DNA from: Treponemataceae bacterium
GTDB lineage: Bacteria > Spirochaetota > Spirochaetia > Treponematales > Rectinemataceae
Length of the DNA stretch: 64,000 nucleotides
Assembly (NCBI GenBank): GCA_963678065.2
Contig: CAXXVZ010000003.1
Location: forward strand, 1,600,001-1,664,000
Direction of reading: 5' to 3'
Shown piece by piece: positions 31,701 to 40,903 of the stretch (positions within the stretch are counted from its first letter, which is position 1; every line of letters starts with the position of its first letter). The notes beneath the pieces are model-generated. The model searched no databases. It was not told the origin of the DNA and was given only the letters and a program-made list of their open reading frames with translations. A program made the position numbers and the translations under genes.

Positions 31701-34700
31701 GGACTATCCGGCTGAGTACAAAGGTGCCACTGCAGCGATGACCGCTGCGGAGATAGCGTACGGCAACGAGAGCTATGAATCCGCGAAGGTGAACGCCGAC
31801 GAAGTGGTTTCGATACTCTCGGCTGATTTTGAAGCGAAAGTGATGGCGGAGCGAGCGGCCATCAAGGCAGCTGCGGAGAAAGCGGCAGCGGAGAAGGCAG
31901 CAGCGGAGCGAGCAGCGATCGAGAAAGCGGCAGCGGACAAGCTTGCTGCGGACATGGCTGCGGCGCGGGCGAAAGCGGAAGCCGAGAGGCTTGCGGCAGA
32001 GAAAGCGGCTGCGGAGACTGCGCGGATAGAAGCGGAGAAGGTAGCGGCTGAGAACGCCCGGCTTGCCGCGGAGAAACTCGCGGCTGAGAATGCGGCGGCA
32101 GAGAAAGCAGCAGCTGAAGCGGCGCGGATCGAGGCTGAGAGGCTCGCGGCTGAGAAAGCGGCTGAGCTCAAGGCGAAAGCCGATCTGGAAGCATCGATAG
32201 CGGCGGCCGACGTATCCCTCGCGAAGGCGCGCGAGCGGAAGGCCTGGGCGGATGCGGCAGGGATCAAAGCGGACTATCCGGCTGAGTACAAAGGTGCCAC
32301 TGCAGCGATGACCGCTGCGGAGATAGCGTACGGCAACGAGAGCTATGAATCCGCGAAGGTGAACGCCGACGAAGTGGTTTCGATACTCTCGGCGGATTTT
32401 GAAGCGAAAGTGATGGCGGAGCGAGCGGCCATCAAGGCAGCTGCGGAGAAAGCGGCAGCGGAGAAGGCAGCAGCGGAGCGAGCAGCGATCGAGAAAGCGG
32501 CAGCGGACAAGCTTGCTGCGGACATGGCTGCGGCGCGGGCGAAAGCGGAAGCCGAGAGGCTTGCGGCTGAGAAAGCGGCTGCGGAGACTGCGCGGATAGA
32601 AGCGGAGAAGGTAGCGGCTGAGAACGCCCGGCTTGCCGCAGAAAATGTCCGACTCGCGGCTGAGAACGCCCGGCTTGCCGCGGAGAAACTCGCGGCGGAG
32701 AATGCGGCGGCAGAGAAAGCAGCAGCTGAAGCGGCGCGGATCGAGGCTGAGAGGCTGGCGGCTGAGAAAGCGGCTGAGCTCAAGGCGAAAGCCGATCTGG
32801 AAGCATCGATAGCGGCGGCCGACGTATCCCTCGCGAAGGCGCACGAGCGCAAGGCCTGGGCGGATGCGGCAGGGATCAAAGCGGACTATCCGGCTGAGTA
32901 CAAAGGTGCTACGGCAGCGATGACCGCTGCGGAGATTGCGTATGGCAACGAGAGCTATGAATCTGCGAAGGTGAACGCCGACGAAGTGGTTTCGATACTC
33001 TCGGCGGATTTTGAAGCGAAAGTGATGGCGGAGCGAGCGGCCATCAAGGCAGCTGCGGAGAAAGCGGCAGCGGAGAAGGCAGCAGCGGAACGAGCAGCGA
33101 TCGAGAAAGCGGCAGCGGACAAGCTTGCTGCGGACATGGCTGCGGCGCGGGCGAAAGCGGAAGCCGAGAGGCTTGCGGCTGAGAAAGCGGCTGCGGAGAC
33201 TGCGCGGATAGAAGCGGAGAAGGTAGCGGCTGAGAACGCCCGGCTTGCCGCAGAAAATGTCCGACTCGCGGCTGAGAACGCCCGGCTTGCCGCGGAGAAA
33301 CTCGCGGCGGAGCAGGCGGCGGCTGAGAAAGCAGCTGCAGAGGCGGCGCGGATTGAAGCTGAGAGGCTCGCGGCTGAGAAAGCGGCTGAGCTCAAGGCGA
33401 AAGCCGATCTGGAAGCATCGATAGCGGCGGCCGACGTATCCCTCGCGAAGGCGCACGAGCGGAAGGCCTGGGCGGATGCGGCAGGGATCAAAGCGGACTA
33501 TCCGGCTGAGTACAAAGGTGCTACGGCAGCGATGACCGCTGCGGAGATTGCGTACGGCAACGAGAGCTATGAATCCGCGAAGGTGAACGCCGACGAAGTG
33601 GTTTCGATACTCTCGGCTGATTTTGAAGCGAAAGTGATGGCGGAGCGAGCGGCCATCAAGGCAGCTGCGGAGAAAGCGGCTGCGGAGAAGGCAGCAGCGG
33701 AGCGAGCAGCGATCGAGAAAGCGGCAGCGGACAAGCTTGCTGCGGACATGGCTGCGGCGCGGGCGAAAGCGGAAGCCGAGAGGCTTGCGGCAGAGAAAGC
33801 GGCTGCGGAGACTGCGCGGATAGAAGCGGAGAAGGTAGCGGCTGAGAAGGCCCGGCTTGCCGCGGAGAAACTCGCGGCTGAGAATGCGGCGGCAGAGAAA
33901 GCAGCAGCTGAAGCGGCGCGGATCGAGGCTGAGAGGCTCGCGGCTGAGAAAGCGGCGGAGCTCAAGGCGAAAGCCGATCTGGAAGCATCGATAGCGGCGG
34001 CCGACGTATCCCTCGCGAAGGCGCGCGAGCGCAAGGCCTGGGCGGATGCGGAAGGGATCAAAGCGGACTATCCGGCTGAGTACAAAGGTGCCACTGCAGC
34101 GATGACCGCTGCGGAGATAGCGTACGGCAACGAGAGCTATGAATCCGCGAAGGTGAACGCCGACGAAGTGGTTTCGATACTCTCGGCTGATTTTGAAGCG
34201 AAAGTGATGGCGGAGCGAGCGGCCATCAAGGCAGCTGCGGAGAAAGCGGCAGCGGAGAAGGCAGCAGCGGAGCGAGCAGCGATCGAGAAAGCGGCAGCGG
34301 ACAAGCTTGCTGCGGACATGGCTGCGGCGCGGGCGAAAGCGGAAGCCGAGAGGCTTGCGGCAGAGAAAGCGGCTGCGGAGACTGCGCGGATAGAAGCGGA
34401 GAAGGTAGCGGCTGAGAACGCCCGGCTTGCCGCGGAGAAACTCGCGGCTGAGAATGCGGCGGCAGAGAAAGCAGCAGCTGAAGCGGCGCGGATCGAGGCT
34501 GAGAGGCTCGCGGCCCTGAAGACCGATGCGACGAATACCCTCACCGCTGCCCAGCAGCGCTACGGGTGGGCTTCCGCATACAACGCCGCGAACAACTACC
34601 CGGCCGAGTACGGAAAGGCCTCCGGCTATCTCAAAACTGCCAGTGCAGCCGCCAAGGCTGGCGACTGGGCCACTGCAAAATCCAGTTCCATCGCCGTGAT

Positions 34701-34995
34701 CGACGCGCTCAAGGACGTGAAGGAGACCGCTCCCCTCCCCGCAAGCTACACGGTTCGCCTCATACCGGCGCGCCGCGACTGCCTGTGGAGGATCGCCGAG
34801 TACAGCTTCGTTTACAACAACCCGCTCAAGTGGCCGGTTCTCTACGAAGCGAACAAGAAGACCTTCAAGGATCCGAGCAACCCCAACCTGATCTATCCCG
34901 GACAGGTCATCGTCATCCCGAGCATCGCCGGCGAGACCAGAAAGGATATGTGGAGCACCGCCAAGACCTACGCGGAGTTCCCGAAGAAAAAATGA
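28780..34995 (+). CDS. Giant repetitive lipoprotein with C-terminal LysM-like domain (TmpB-like)
   Basis: AGGAGG RBS; lipobox-like VTMTSC; Pro/Thr linker; Ala/Glu/Lys helical repeats; C-terminal YTVRLIPARRDCLWRIAEY..WPVLYEAN..NPNLIYPGQVIVIP. Confidence 0.88.
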   Translation: MDRGKKFLAFFAVMVLVTMTSCLCAPEPAEVGPGPVTVAPIPATTTTTTVETPAPVVVETSAKPETPIAAAPSISEVDLRNLFGEANSLHNDVAGYGIAEVLPADVVAADQQFAAAKTGYDAAMDASPYDEVAAYPVKAQLETSIANYTDLLDRGLPMRAEAERKAALEMKAKAEAAEAAVKAPERMGAADQSFADAESLAANKSYPMAIDGYKLSALTYDLASRKAMANGYRETIFTNGYAKYSPNYFDIAEQKYAEESAFWDSGSPADLEKGASSLAIANTYYEEVIARGREYSAYDRKAASDAAKLQSDGLNSEVNAPETYSSALVNYNEGETSLKGSNYESASLWYDDATQAFGQAYDLSYGKSEEAETLIGKADEAVAVAEEKAAYEKMADNPYLKLAQDYKANADVDFSGKYFDAASTNAQKAIDYASLSDSYVDGRVSKAQAEAKLAADDSLAKAKSRIAWADREGIKADYPAEYKGASAAMTAANLAYGSENYTAAKSNADEVLSVLSGDFEAKVAAERSAKLKAAAEKAAAERAAIEKAAADKLAADMAAARAKAEAERLAAEKAAAETARIEAERLAAEKAAELKAKADLEASIAAADVSLAKAHERKAWADAAGIKADYPAEYKGATAAMTAAEIAYGNESYESAKVNADEVVSILSADFEAKVMAERAAIKAAAEKAAAEKAAAERAAIEKAAADKLAADMAAARAKAEAERLAAEKAAAETARIEAERLAAEKAAELKAKADLEASIAAADVSLAKARERKAWADAAGIKADYPAEYKGATAAMTAAEIAYGNESYESAKVNADEVVSILSADFEAKVMAERAAIKAAAEKAAAEKAAAERAAIEKAAADKLAADMAAARAKAEAERLAAEKAAAETARIEAEKVAAEKARLAAEKLAAENAAAEKAAAEAARIEAERLAAEKAAELKAKADLEASIAAADVSLAKARERKAWADAEGIKADYPAEYKGATAAMTAAEIAYGNESYESAKVNADEVVSILSADFEAKVMAERAAIKAAAEKAAAEKAAAERAAIEKAAADKLAADMAAARAKAEAERLAAEKAAAETARIEAEKVAAENARLAAEKLAAENAAAEKAAAEAARIEAERLAAEKAAELKAKADLEASIAAADVSLAKARERKAWADAAGIKADYPAEYKGATAAMTAAEIAYGNESYESAKVNADEVVSILSADFEAKVMAERAAIKAAAEKAAAEKAAAERAAIEKAAADKLAADMAAARAKAEAERLAAEKAAAETARIEAEKVAAENARLAAENVRLAAENARLAAEKLAAENAAAEKAAAEAARIEAERLAAEKAAELKAKADLEASIAAADVSLAKAHERKAWADAAGIKADYPAEYKGATAAMTAAEIAYGNESYESAKVNADEVVSILSADFEAKVMAERAAIKAAAEKAAAEKAAAERAAIEKAAADKLAADMAAARAKAEAERLAAEKAAAETARIEAEKVAAENARLAAENVRLAAENARLAAEKLAAEQAAAEKAAAEAARIEAERLAAEKAAELKAKADLEASIAAADVSLAKAHERKAWADAAGIKADYPAEYKGATAAMTAAEIAYGNESYESAKVNADEVVSILSADFEAKVMAERAAIKAAAEKAAAEKAAAERAAIEKAAADKLAADMAAARAKAEAERLAAEKAAAETARIEAEKVAAEKARLAAEKLAAENAAAEKAAAEAARIEAERLAAEKAAELKAKADLEASIAAADVSLAKARERKAWADAEGIKADYPAEYKGATAAMTAAEIAYGNESYESAKVNADEVVSILSADFEAKVMAERAAIKAAAEKAAAEKAAAERAAIEKAAADKLAADMAAARAKAEAERLAAEKAAAETARIEAEKVAAENARLAAEKLAAENAAAEKAAAEAARIEAERLAALKTDATNTLTAAQQRYGWASAYNAANNYPAEYGKASGYLKTASAAAKAGDWATAKSSSIAVIDALKDVKETAPLPASYTVRLIPARRDCLWRIAEYSFVYNNPLKWPVLYEANKKTFKDPSNPNLIYPGQVIVIPSIAGETRKDMWSTAKTYAEFPKKK
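30370..34515 (+). repeat. Intragenic tandem repeat array, 7 near-identical units
   Basis: Marker GACGTATCCCTCGCGAAG at 30601, 31069, 31639, 32209, 32821, 33433, 34003 (spacings 468, 570, 570, 612, 612, 570); diverged copies near 30145 and 34525. Confidence 0.95.
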
Positions 34996-35032
34996 TTCCG
35001 GAACGTGGGCGGATTTTCCGCCCATAAAAACC

Positions 35033-35064
35033 AAAGAGGCCATCCCGCGCGGGATGGCCTCTTT
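35033..35064. terminator. Bidirectional terminator between convergent genes
   Basis: AAAGAGGCCATCCC-GCGC-GGGATGGCCTCTTT perfect stem. Confidence 0.85.
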
Positions 35065-35091
35065 GTATATCGTGGGTATACAGGAAGAAAT

Positions 35092-35919
35092 TCAGAAATC
35101 CACTCCCCCCTCTACCTCCCCTTCTCCGGAGTTGTTCCATGCTGAAAGTCCTGAGAGGACAGAGCGCCGCATCTCGTTCATGAAGGCGCTCGAGAATTTC
35201 CGGACATACATGTGCTGCCCGAAGTTCTCGGTGCCGGGCAGAAGGCCGTCCTTTGTGGCATTGAGCGAACCGAACATGGCCACGTAGTCTGCGTCGGTGC
35301 GGACGACATAGCGGTCCTTGAACACGACATGCCTTCTGTCGAATCGCGGACGGGGCGGGAGCGCGGCCTGGCGCGCCGAAGGGTAGCCCAGGCAGAGCAT
35401 GGCGACGGGAAAGGCGTGCTCGGGCAACCCGAAAAGTTCCCGGTGGGTTTCGAAACGCTCCATTATGTCGCCGATATAGCAGGAACCGAGACCGAAAGAC
35501 TCCGCGGCGATGACGATGCTTTGGGCGCAGGCCATCGCGTCGCTCGTGGCGAGCATGAAGTCCGCGATGCCGGGGCCGACCATCTTGGTGCCCCGCTTCT
35601 CGCACATCTCGGGAATGCCCGAATGCCGAAAGAAACCCATCCAGCGCCCGTAGTCGGCCAGAAACACGAGAACCCAGGGCGACTTCGCGATGAAAGGCTG
35701 CTTGTCGCAGGTCTCGGCGAGAGTATCTTTCAACGCCTGATCCTCGATCTCGAGGATCGAATAGAGCATCATGTTGCCGGCCGTGGGCGCCCTGAGTCCG
35801 GCCTCGATGATGGCCGCGCGCAGTTCGCTCGGCACTGCCCTTCCGTCGAACTCGCGCACCGAATGCCGCGCGCGCATGAGGCCGAGGATGGCTTCCGAGG
35901 CAGCCTGATTGTCCGTCAT
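35092..35919 (-). CDS. Nitroreductase (NfsA/NfrA-like)
   Basis: RHSVREF, APTAGNMMLYSI, AESFGLGSCYIG, LCLGYP..PRPR. Confidence 0.9.
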   Translation of the reverse strand: MTDNQAASEAILGLMRARHSVREFDGRAVPSELRAAIIEAGLRAPTAGNMMLYSILEIEDQALKDTLAETCDKQPFIAKSPWVLVFLADYGRWMGFFRHSGIPEMCEKRGTKMVGPGIADFMLATSDAMACAQSIVIAAESFGLGSCYIGDIMERFETHRELFGLPEHAFPVAMLCLGYPSARQAALPPRPRFDRRHVVFKDRYVVRTDADYVAMFGSLNATKDGLLPGTENFGQHMYVRKFSSAFMNEMRRSVLSGLSAWNNSGEGEVEGGVDF

Positions 35920-35922
35920 ATC

Positions 35923-37257
35923 TTACCTCGCCCCGAAGACGGCCATGGCCCTGTAGTGCTCGAGAATGAGCGCGGTCATGGACTCGTGGTCGCGGGTGCC
36001 GATCGTCTCGCGTATGGAGTGCATGGACAAGAGGGGATGTCCGATATCGACGGTCTTGATGCCGGTCAGCGCCGAGGACATCGGGCCGATCGTCGATCCG
36101 GGAATGATGTCGGAGCGCGACATGAACTTCTGGCAGGGAACGCCGATCCGCGAGCAGTACACGCGGATGGCGGCCTCCGACTCGCTGTCGGTCGCGTATT
36201 TGAAGTTGGCGTTGGCCTTCACCGCGGGGCCGCCGTTCAAAAGGGGCGCGAAGCCCTCGTCGTACTTGTCGCCGTAAGAAGGATGCCATGCCTGGGCCAC
36301 ATCCACCGAGACCGAGAAGGAGCGCGCGAGTGCCCTGTAGAAGCCCTGACTGTCGCAGCCCGAGAGGAGGCAGATGCGCGCGAGGGTGTCGCGCATGAAG
36401 GAAGAATCCGCGCCCTGTGCTGTCCTCGAGCCGATCTCTTCGGCGTCCATGAAGCAGGCCAGCTGGCCATGCATGGCAGGAGAAGCTGCGAGCAGGGCCT
36501 GCAGAACAGCGTGGCAGCCGGCGAGATCGTCGAGCCGGGATCCGTTGACGAGACTGCCCGAGCAATTGTCGAGCTCTCCGATGACGACGGCGGGGCGGCC
36601 CTCCACGAAGAAGAGGTCGGCGGCCAGTATGTTCGCCGCGTCGATGCCGAGATCCAGGGCGAGACGCCTCCTGAGCCAGCCCGTGCCGTTTTCTCCCGCC
36701 TTTCCCGTTTCCTGGGCGAGAGCTTCCACGAGCACCGGCAGATGGTTCTGGCTGTTGTACTCGAAACCCTTGTTCACCTCGCGGTTGAGGTGGATGGCGA
36801 GATTCGGGATGAGGCCGACCGGCTTCGCGGAGTTGTAGAGGAGACTCGTTATCGCCTCGCCCGAGCGCAGGGCCACGCGGCCCGCGAGAGAGAGCGGCCT
36901 GTCGAGCCAGGTCGACACGATGGGTCCGCCGTAGATCTCCACGGGGATTCTCTCCATGCCCTTGGCCTCGAGGACCTTCCCGAGGCGGGCTTTGAGCGCG
37001 GGGCTGTCGGTGTGGGCGCCGGCCAGCGCGAATCCGGATTCGGCCGGCGAAACGAGGCCGGTCCGGAATGCGATGACGGCGGAACCTCCCCTGCGCACGA
37101 AGTAGAGGACTCCCGGCTCGAGTTCCCAGATGCCGGATTCCGGCAACTCGTGGGCTCCGCAGGCCGAGAGTGTCGTCGCGATGTTGTCGGCGGCATGATA
37201 GGCGGTGGGGGACGCGTCGACGAAGTCGCACATATCCTTGATGGTGTTGCGGTCCAT
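35923..37257 (-). CDS. M18 family aminopeptidase
   Basis: SPTAYHA, GAHTDSP, RLDDL, DAEEIGS, GSTIGP, LSMHSIRE; GGAGG RBS. Confidence 0.93.
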   Translation of the reverse strand: MDRNTIKDMCDFVDASPTAYHAADNIATTLSACGAHELPESGIWELEPGVLYFVRRGGSAVIAFRTGLVSPAESGFALAGAHTDSPALKARLGKVLEAKGMERIPVEIYGGPIVSTWLDRPLSLAGRVALRSGEAITSLLYNSAKPVGLIPNLAIHLNREVNKGFEYNSQNHLPVLVEALAQETGKAGENGTGWLRRRLALDLGIDAANILAADLFFVEGRPAVVIGELDNCSGSLVNGSRLDDLAGCHAVLQALLAASPAMHGQLACFMDAEEIGSRTAQGADSSFMRDTLARICLLSGCDSQGFYRALARSFSVSVDVAQAWHPSYGDKYDEGFAPLLNGGPAVKANANFKYATDSESEAAIRVYCSRIGVPCQKFMSRSDIIPGSTIGPMSSALTGIKTVDIGHPLLSMHSIRETIGTRDHESMTALILEHYRAMAVFGAR

Positions 37258-37279
37258 GAAAACCTCCGGAGGCAAGAGC

Positions 37280-37660
37280 TCAGTTCTGCGTGGTTTTTTC
37301 CGGCGAAACTGGCTTTTCCCGCCGGTAGAAGGCTTTTTCGAGTCGCTCTTCGAGATCGAGATTGTCGAAATAGAGAGAGGCGAGCGTTCCGCGGATCTCG
37401 GAGAGACCGGCGCGGAGTTCCTCGTCGGGGTGCATGAGTTCGTTTTCGAGAAGCTTCTTGGCCTTCCCGAGACCAAATCCTCTCACGAGGGCGAGGTGCT
37501 TAAGTCTGAGGAGTATGCAGGTGTCGGAAACCGAGTAGAGTCGCCGGCCGAAGACATCCTTGCGCGGCGCAATGAACACGACTTCCTTTTCCCAAAATCT
37601 GAGTGTGGAAGCCGGAAGGCCGAGAAGCCGTTCTACCCTGCTCGTTGCCTTTAGGGACAT
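37280..37660 (-). CDS. MerR-family HTH protein
   Basis: VERLLGLPASTLRFWEKE..PRKDVFGRRLYS. Confidence 0.85.
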   Translation of the reverse strand: MSLKATSRVERLLGLPASTLRFWEKEVVFIAPRKDVFGRRLYSVSDTCILLRLKHLALVRGFGLGKAKKLLENELMHPDEELRAGLSEIRGTLASLYFDNLDLEERLEKAFYRREKPVSPEKTTQN

Positions 37661-37664
37661 AGGC

Positions 37665-39068
37665 CTACTTCTTTTTCTCCTCTTGGAGCTTTTCCCAGTC
37701 GGTGCGGGAAGCCCTGAGTTCGAGCATGACGGGCACCTTGTCGAGGCTGAATTCGGAGCGGATCTTGTTCCGCAGGAAGGACACGTAGGAATCCGCGACA
37801 GCCTCGGGTTTCGTGACGAAAAAAATGAATTTCTGGGGATTCGTCCCGGTCTGAAGGGCATAGCGGAGTTTGAATTTGGTGCGCGGGGCGACGGGCGGAG
37901 GAGTGGTCTCGAGCCAGTATGCCGCCGCCTTGTTCACCTTGCTCGTCTCGATCGTCTTGTTCAGCTGGGCGTAGATGGTGATGACCATGTTGAGGAGCTT
38001 GTCGACGCCCGTTCCCTCCTTCGCGGAGAGAGGGAGGACGGGAGCGTAGGCCATCTGGCCGAAGAAATACCTGAGCTTGTCCTTGCTGGCCTCGAAGGAG
38101 TTCTTGAGGTCGGGCATCCTGTCCCACTTGTTGAGGGCGAAAATGACGCCGCGCCCGCGTTCGGCCGCGAAGGCCGTGATCTTCTTGTCCTGGTCGGTGA
38201 GTCCTTCCTCGGCGTCGATCATGAGGACGACGATGTCGCAGCGCTCGACGACGGCGATGGAGCGTGTCACCGAGTAATACTCGACATTCTCCGTCACCTT
38301 CTTTTTCTTCCTGATGCCGGCCGTGTCCAGGACTGTTATGCCCCTGCCCTTCCAGGTGAAACGCCCCTCGACGATGTCGCGCGTGGTGCCGGCGACTTCG
38401 CTCACGATGGATTTCTCCTCGCCCATCATGCGGTTGAGGAGGGTCGACTTGCCGGTGTTGGGCTTGCCCATGATGGCGAGCCTGATGTCCGCCCTCTCCA
38501 CGTCTATCTCGCGTATGCGGGAAAAATCAAGGCGAGGGATCATCGTCGATACGAGGAGGTCAACGTTGCGGCCATGCTCCGCCGAAACGAAGATAACCGG
38601 GTGAAATCCCCATCGGACGTGGCTGTAGGCCATGTTGTCGCGCTCAGGGCTGTCCGCCTTGTTCACCACGAGGAGGAGCTTGGGAGCGTATTTCCGCAGA
38701 AGGGCGGCGAATTCCTCGTCCTCGGGGGTGATCTGCATGCAGTCGACGAGAAAGATGATGAGATCGGCCTTCTCGAGGGCGGCGAGGCTCTTTTCGACAA
38801 CGAGATCGTCGAGGCCCTCACGGTCCACCTTGAACCCGCCCGTATCGACGAGGAGTACGCGCCTGTCCGTGCCGGGAAGAAGGCATTCGGATTCGAGCGG
38901 ATCGCGGGTCACGCCGGGAGTCGGATCGGTGATGGCCTTCCGCTTGTGCAGGAGGCGGTTGTAGAGGGTCGACTTGCCCGCGTTGGGACGGCCGGCGATG
39001 ACGACGACGGGAAGATTCTCGTAGCGCATGCGGCGCTCGGGCTCTTCCGGGAGAATTCGCTCTTCCAT
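37665..39068 (-). CDS. der: Ribosome biogenesis GTPase Der (EngA)
   Basis: Two GTPase domains: GRPNAGKS/DTGG/NKAD and GKPNTGKS/DTAG/NKWD. Confidence 0.96.
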   Translation of the reverse strand: MEERILPEEPERRMRYENLPVVVIAGRPNAGKSTLYNRLLHKRKAITDPTPGVTRDPLESECLLPGTDRRVLLVDTGGFKVDREGLDDLVVEKSLAALEKADLIIFLVDCMQITPEDEEFAALLRKYAPKLLLVVNKADSPERDNMAYSHVRWGFHPVIFVSAEHGRNVDLLVSTMIPRLDFSRIREIDVERADIRLAIMGKPNTGKSTLLNRMMGEEKSIVSEVAGTTRDIVEGRFTWKGRGITVLDTAGIRKKKKVTENVEYYSVTRSIAVVERCDIVVLMIDAEEGLTDQDKKITAFAAERGRGVIFALNKWDRMPDLKNSFEASKDKLRYFFGQMAYAPVLPLSAKEGTGVDKLLNMVITIYAQLNKTIETSKVNKAAAYWLETTPPPVAPRTKFKLRYALQTGTNPQKFIFFVTKPEAVADSYVSFLRNKIRSEFSLDKVPVMLELRASRTDWEKLQEEKKK

Positions 39069-39086
39069 GGTGCTCCTGGAGAAAAC

Positions 39087-40808
39087 TTATACCCGGACGC
39101 GGGCGGACAGATAGGCCGCGACCTCGCCGGAACTCTGCATTTTCATGACTGTCGTCGCTATCTCGCGGGCGGTCACGATGCTCAGGGAACGGATCGCACG
39201 CTTGACCGCGGGTATGGCGACGCAGGACATCGACAGTTCGCTCATTCCCATCCCGGCGAGAAGCACCGCCGCCGCGGGATCGGCCGCCATCTCGCCGCAG
39301 ATGCCGACCGGGATTCCGGCGGCGGCCGCATTCTCGATCGTCAGCTTGATGAGGCGCAGGACGGCGGGGTGAAAGGGTTCGTGGAGGTAGGATACTTTCT
39401 CGTTGCCGCGGTCGACCGCCATGGTGTACTGGATGAGGTCGTTGGTGCCGATCGAGAAGAAATCGGCCGTCCTGGCGAGAATGTCGGAAGAGAGGGCGGC
39501 GGAAGGAACCTCGACCATGATGCCGACGGGAATGCGGGCGGGGACGGCGTGGCCCCGGGAACGGCACTCGGAGCGGGCCTCCTCGAGAAGGCCGCGGGCC
39601 CTGTCCAGTTCGTCCGCCGTGGAAATCATGGGGAACATGATGCGTGTATCGCCGAAAACGGCTGCCCTGAGGAGGGCGCGGAGCTGGGTCTTGAAAATGT
39701 CGGTCCTCGAGAGGCAGAAGCGGATGGCCCTCCAGCCGAGGAGGGGATTCTTCTCGTCCTGGGCGCCGAGCTCCGGAAGGACCTTATCTCCGCCGATGTC
39801 CAGCGTACGGATGGTGACGGGCTTGCCCTTCATCCCCTCGATCACCGTGCGGTAGGCGTTGAACTGCTCTTCCTCTCCGGGGACGTGGCCTCCGAGGAAG
39901 AGGAACTCGGAGCGGAAGAGTCCGATGCCGTCGGGGCCATGGCTGAGGACAGCGGCCATCTCATCAGGGATCTCGATATTGGCCTTGAGTTGGATCTGGG
40001 TGCCGTCCACCGTAGAGGCAGGCAGATCGCGCAGCATCTCGAGCTCGGAATCCTTCTCGCTCTGCGCAGTGACGGCCGCGGCGGCCCGGTCCAGGGCGGC
40101 CTGGTCGGGATCGGAAATTACAAGGCCCCTGTTTCCGTCCACGATGAGTATGGTGCCGGAATGCAGGGATGCGACATCGGGGCCGACGCCGAGGACGGCG
40201 GGAATCTGGAATGCGCGCGCGAGGATGGCGGCGTGGCTCGTACGCCCTCCCGCCTCGGTGACCACGGCCTTGATGTGGGCGCGGTTCATCGAGATCATGT
40301 CGGAAGGCAGAAGGTCGCGGGCGACGAGGATCGAGTCGACGCTGATGTCCGCGAGGCAGAAGCGCTCTTTCTTGAGAAGGTGGCCCATGATCCTGCGGGA
40401 GACATCGTGGACGTCGGAAATCCGTTCCTGGACGTAGGGGTCCTGGATGGAAGAGAGTTTTTCCACGAGATCGCGCTCGAGGTCGAGGACGAGGCGCTCG
40501 GTATTCCGGTGAGTCTGGTCGAGATCGTGGCGGATGCGGTCGATGACCTCGGGATCGTCGAGCATGAGGAGGTGGGCTTCGAAAATGGCGGCCTGCTCCT
40601 GTCCTGCTTCGGCGAGAGCCTTGTCGCGAAGGAGGGCGACTTCTTCTTTTGCCCTCCCGGTGGCGGCCACAAATCGGGCCCACTCCGCGGGAATGTCGCC
40701 CGGCTCTATCGAATAGGACGGGACATTGGGCTCCTCTTCCTCGTAAAAAAGGAAGGCGGGGGCGGAAGCTGTGCCGGGCGATGCGGCGATTCCGCGGATT
40801 TCTCTCAT
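39087..40808 (-). CDS. ptsI: PTS enzyme I (PEP-protein phosphotransferase)
   Basis: GGRTSHAAILAR phospho-His motif, GIGLFRSEF, RTLDIGGDK, FSIGTNDL, GICGE. Confidence 0.96.
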   Translation of the reverse strand: MREIRGIAASPGTASAPAFLFYEEEEPNVPSYSIEPGDIPAEWARFVAATGRAKEEVALLRDKALAEAGQEQAAIFEAHLLMLDDPEVIDRIRHDLDQTHRNTERLVLDLERDLVEKLSSIQDPYVQERISDVHDVSRRIMGHLLKKERFCLADISVDSILVARDLLPSDMISMNRAHIKAVVTEAGGRTSHAAILARAFQIPAVLGVGPDVASLHSGTILIVDGNRGLVISDPDQAALDRAAAAVTAQSEKDSELEMLRDLPASTVDGTQIQLKANIEIPDEMAAVLSHGPDGIGLFRSEFLFLGGHVPGEEEQFNAYRTVIEGMKGKPVTIRTLDIGGDKVLPELGAQDEKNPLLGWRAIRFCLSRTDIFKTQLRALLRAAVFGDTRIMFPMISTADELDRARGLLEEARSECRSRGHAVPARIPVGIMVEVPSAALSSDILARTADFFSIGTNDLIQYTMAVDRGNEKVSYLHEPFHPAVLRLIKLTIENAAAAGIPVGICGEMAADPAAAVLLAGMGMSELSMSCVAIPAVKRAIRSLSIVTAREIATTVMKMQSSGEVAAYLSARVRV

Positions 40809-40816
40809 ATGTGAAT

Positions 40817-40845
40817 ACTCTATCAGATAATCGTTTACGCGTCAA
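40817..40845 (-). promoter_or_regulatory. Sigma70-like promoter 8 nt upstream of ptsI ATG
   Basis: TTGACG-17-TAGAGT with TG extension. Confidence 0.6.
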
Positions 40846-40903
40846 ACCAAGGCGTAAAGGAGAGCGCGGAGGCGGGCTCCTCTGACGACGAGTCCGCCTT
40901 AAG

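Noticed and set aside
30370..34515. Possible CRISPR array or mobile-element repeats
   Set aside because: Units are in-frame coding repeats of hundreds of bp with no unique spacers and no cas or transposase genes
29608..35043. 1811-aa antisense ORF and the series of 'MIPAASAQ' antisense ORFs
   Set aside because: Shadows of the Ala/Glu/Lys repeat gene; repeats propagate stop-free frames; no RBS or domain
37560..40814. 1084-aa plus-strand ORF and other long antisense ORFs (e.g. 21991-24588, 16615-18687, 35212-37437)
   Set aside because: Mirror frames of well-supported genes, expected in high-GC DNA
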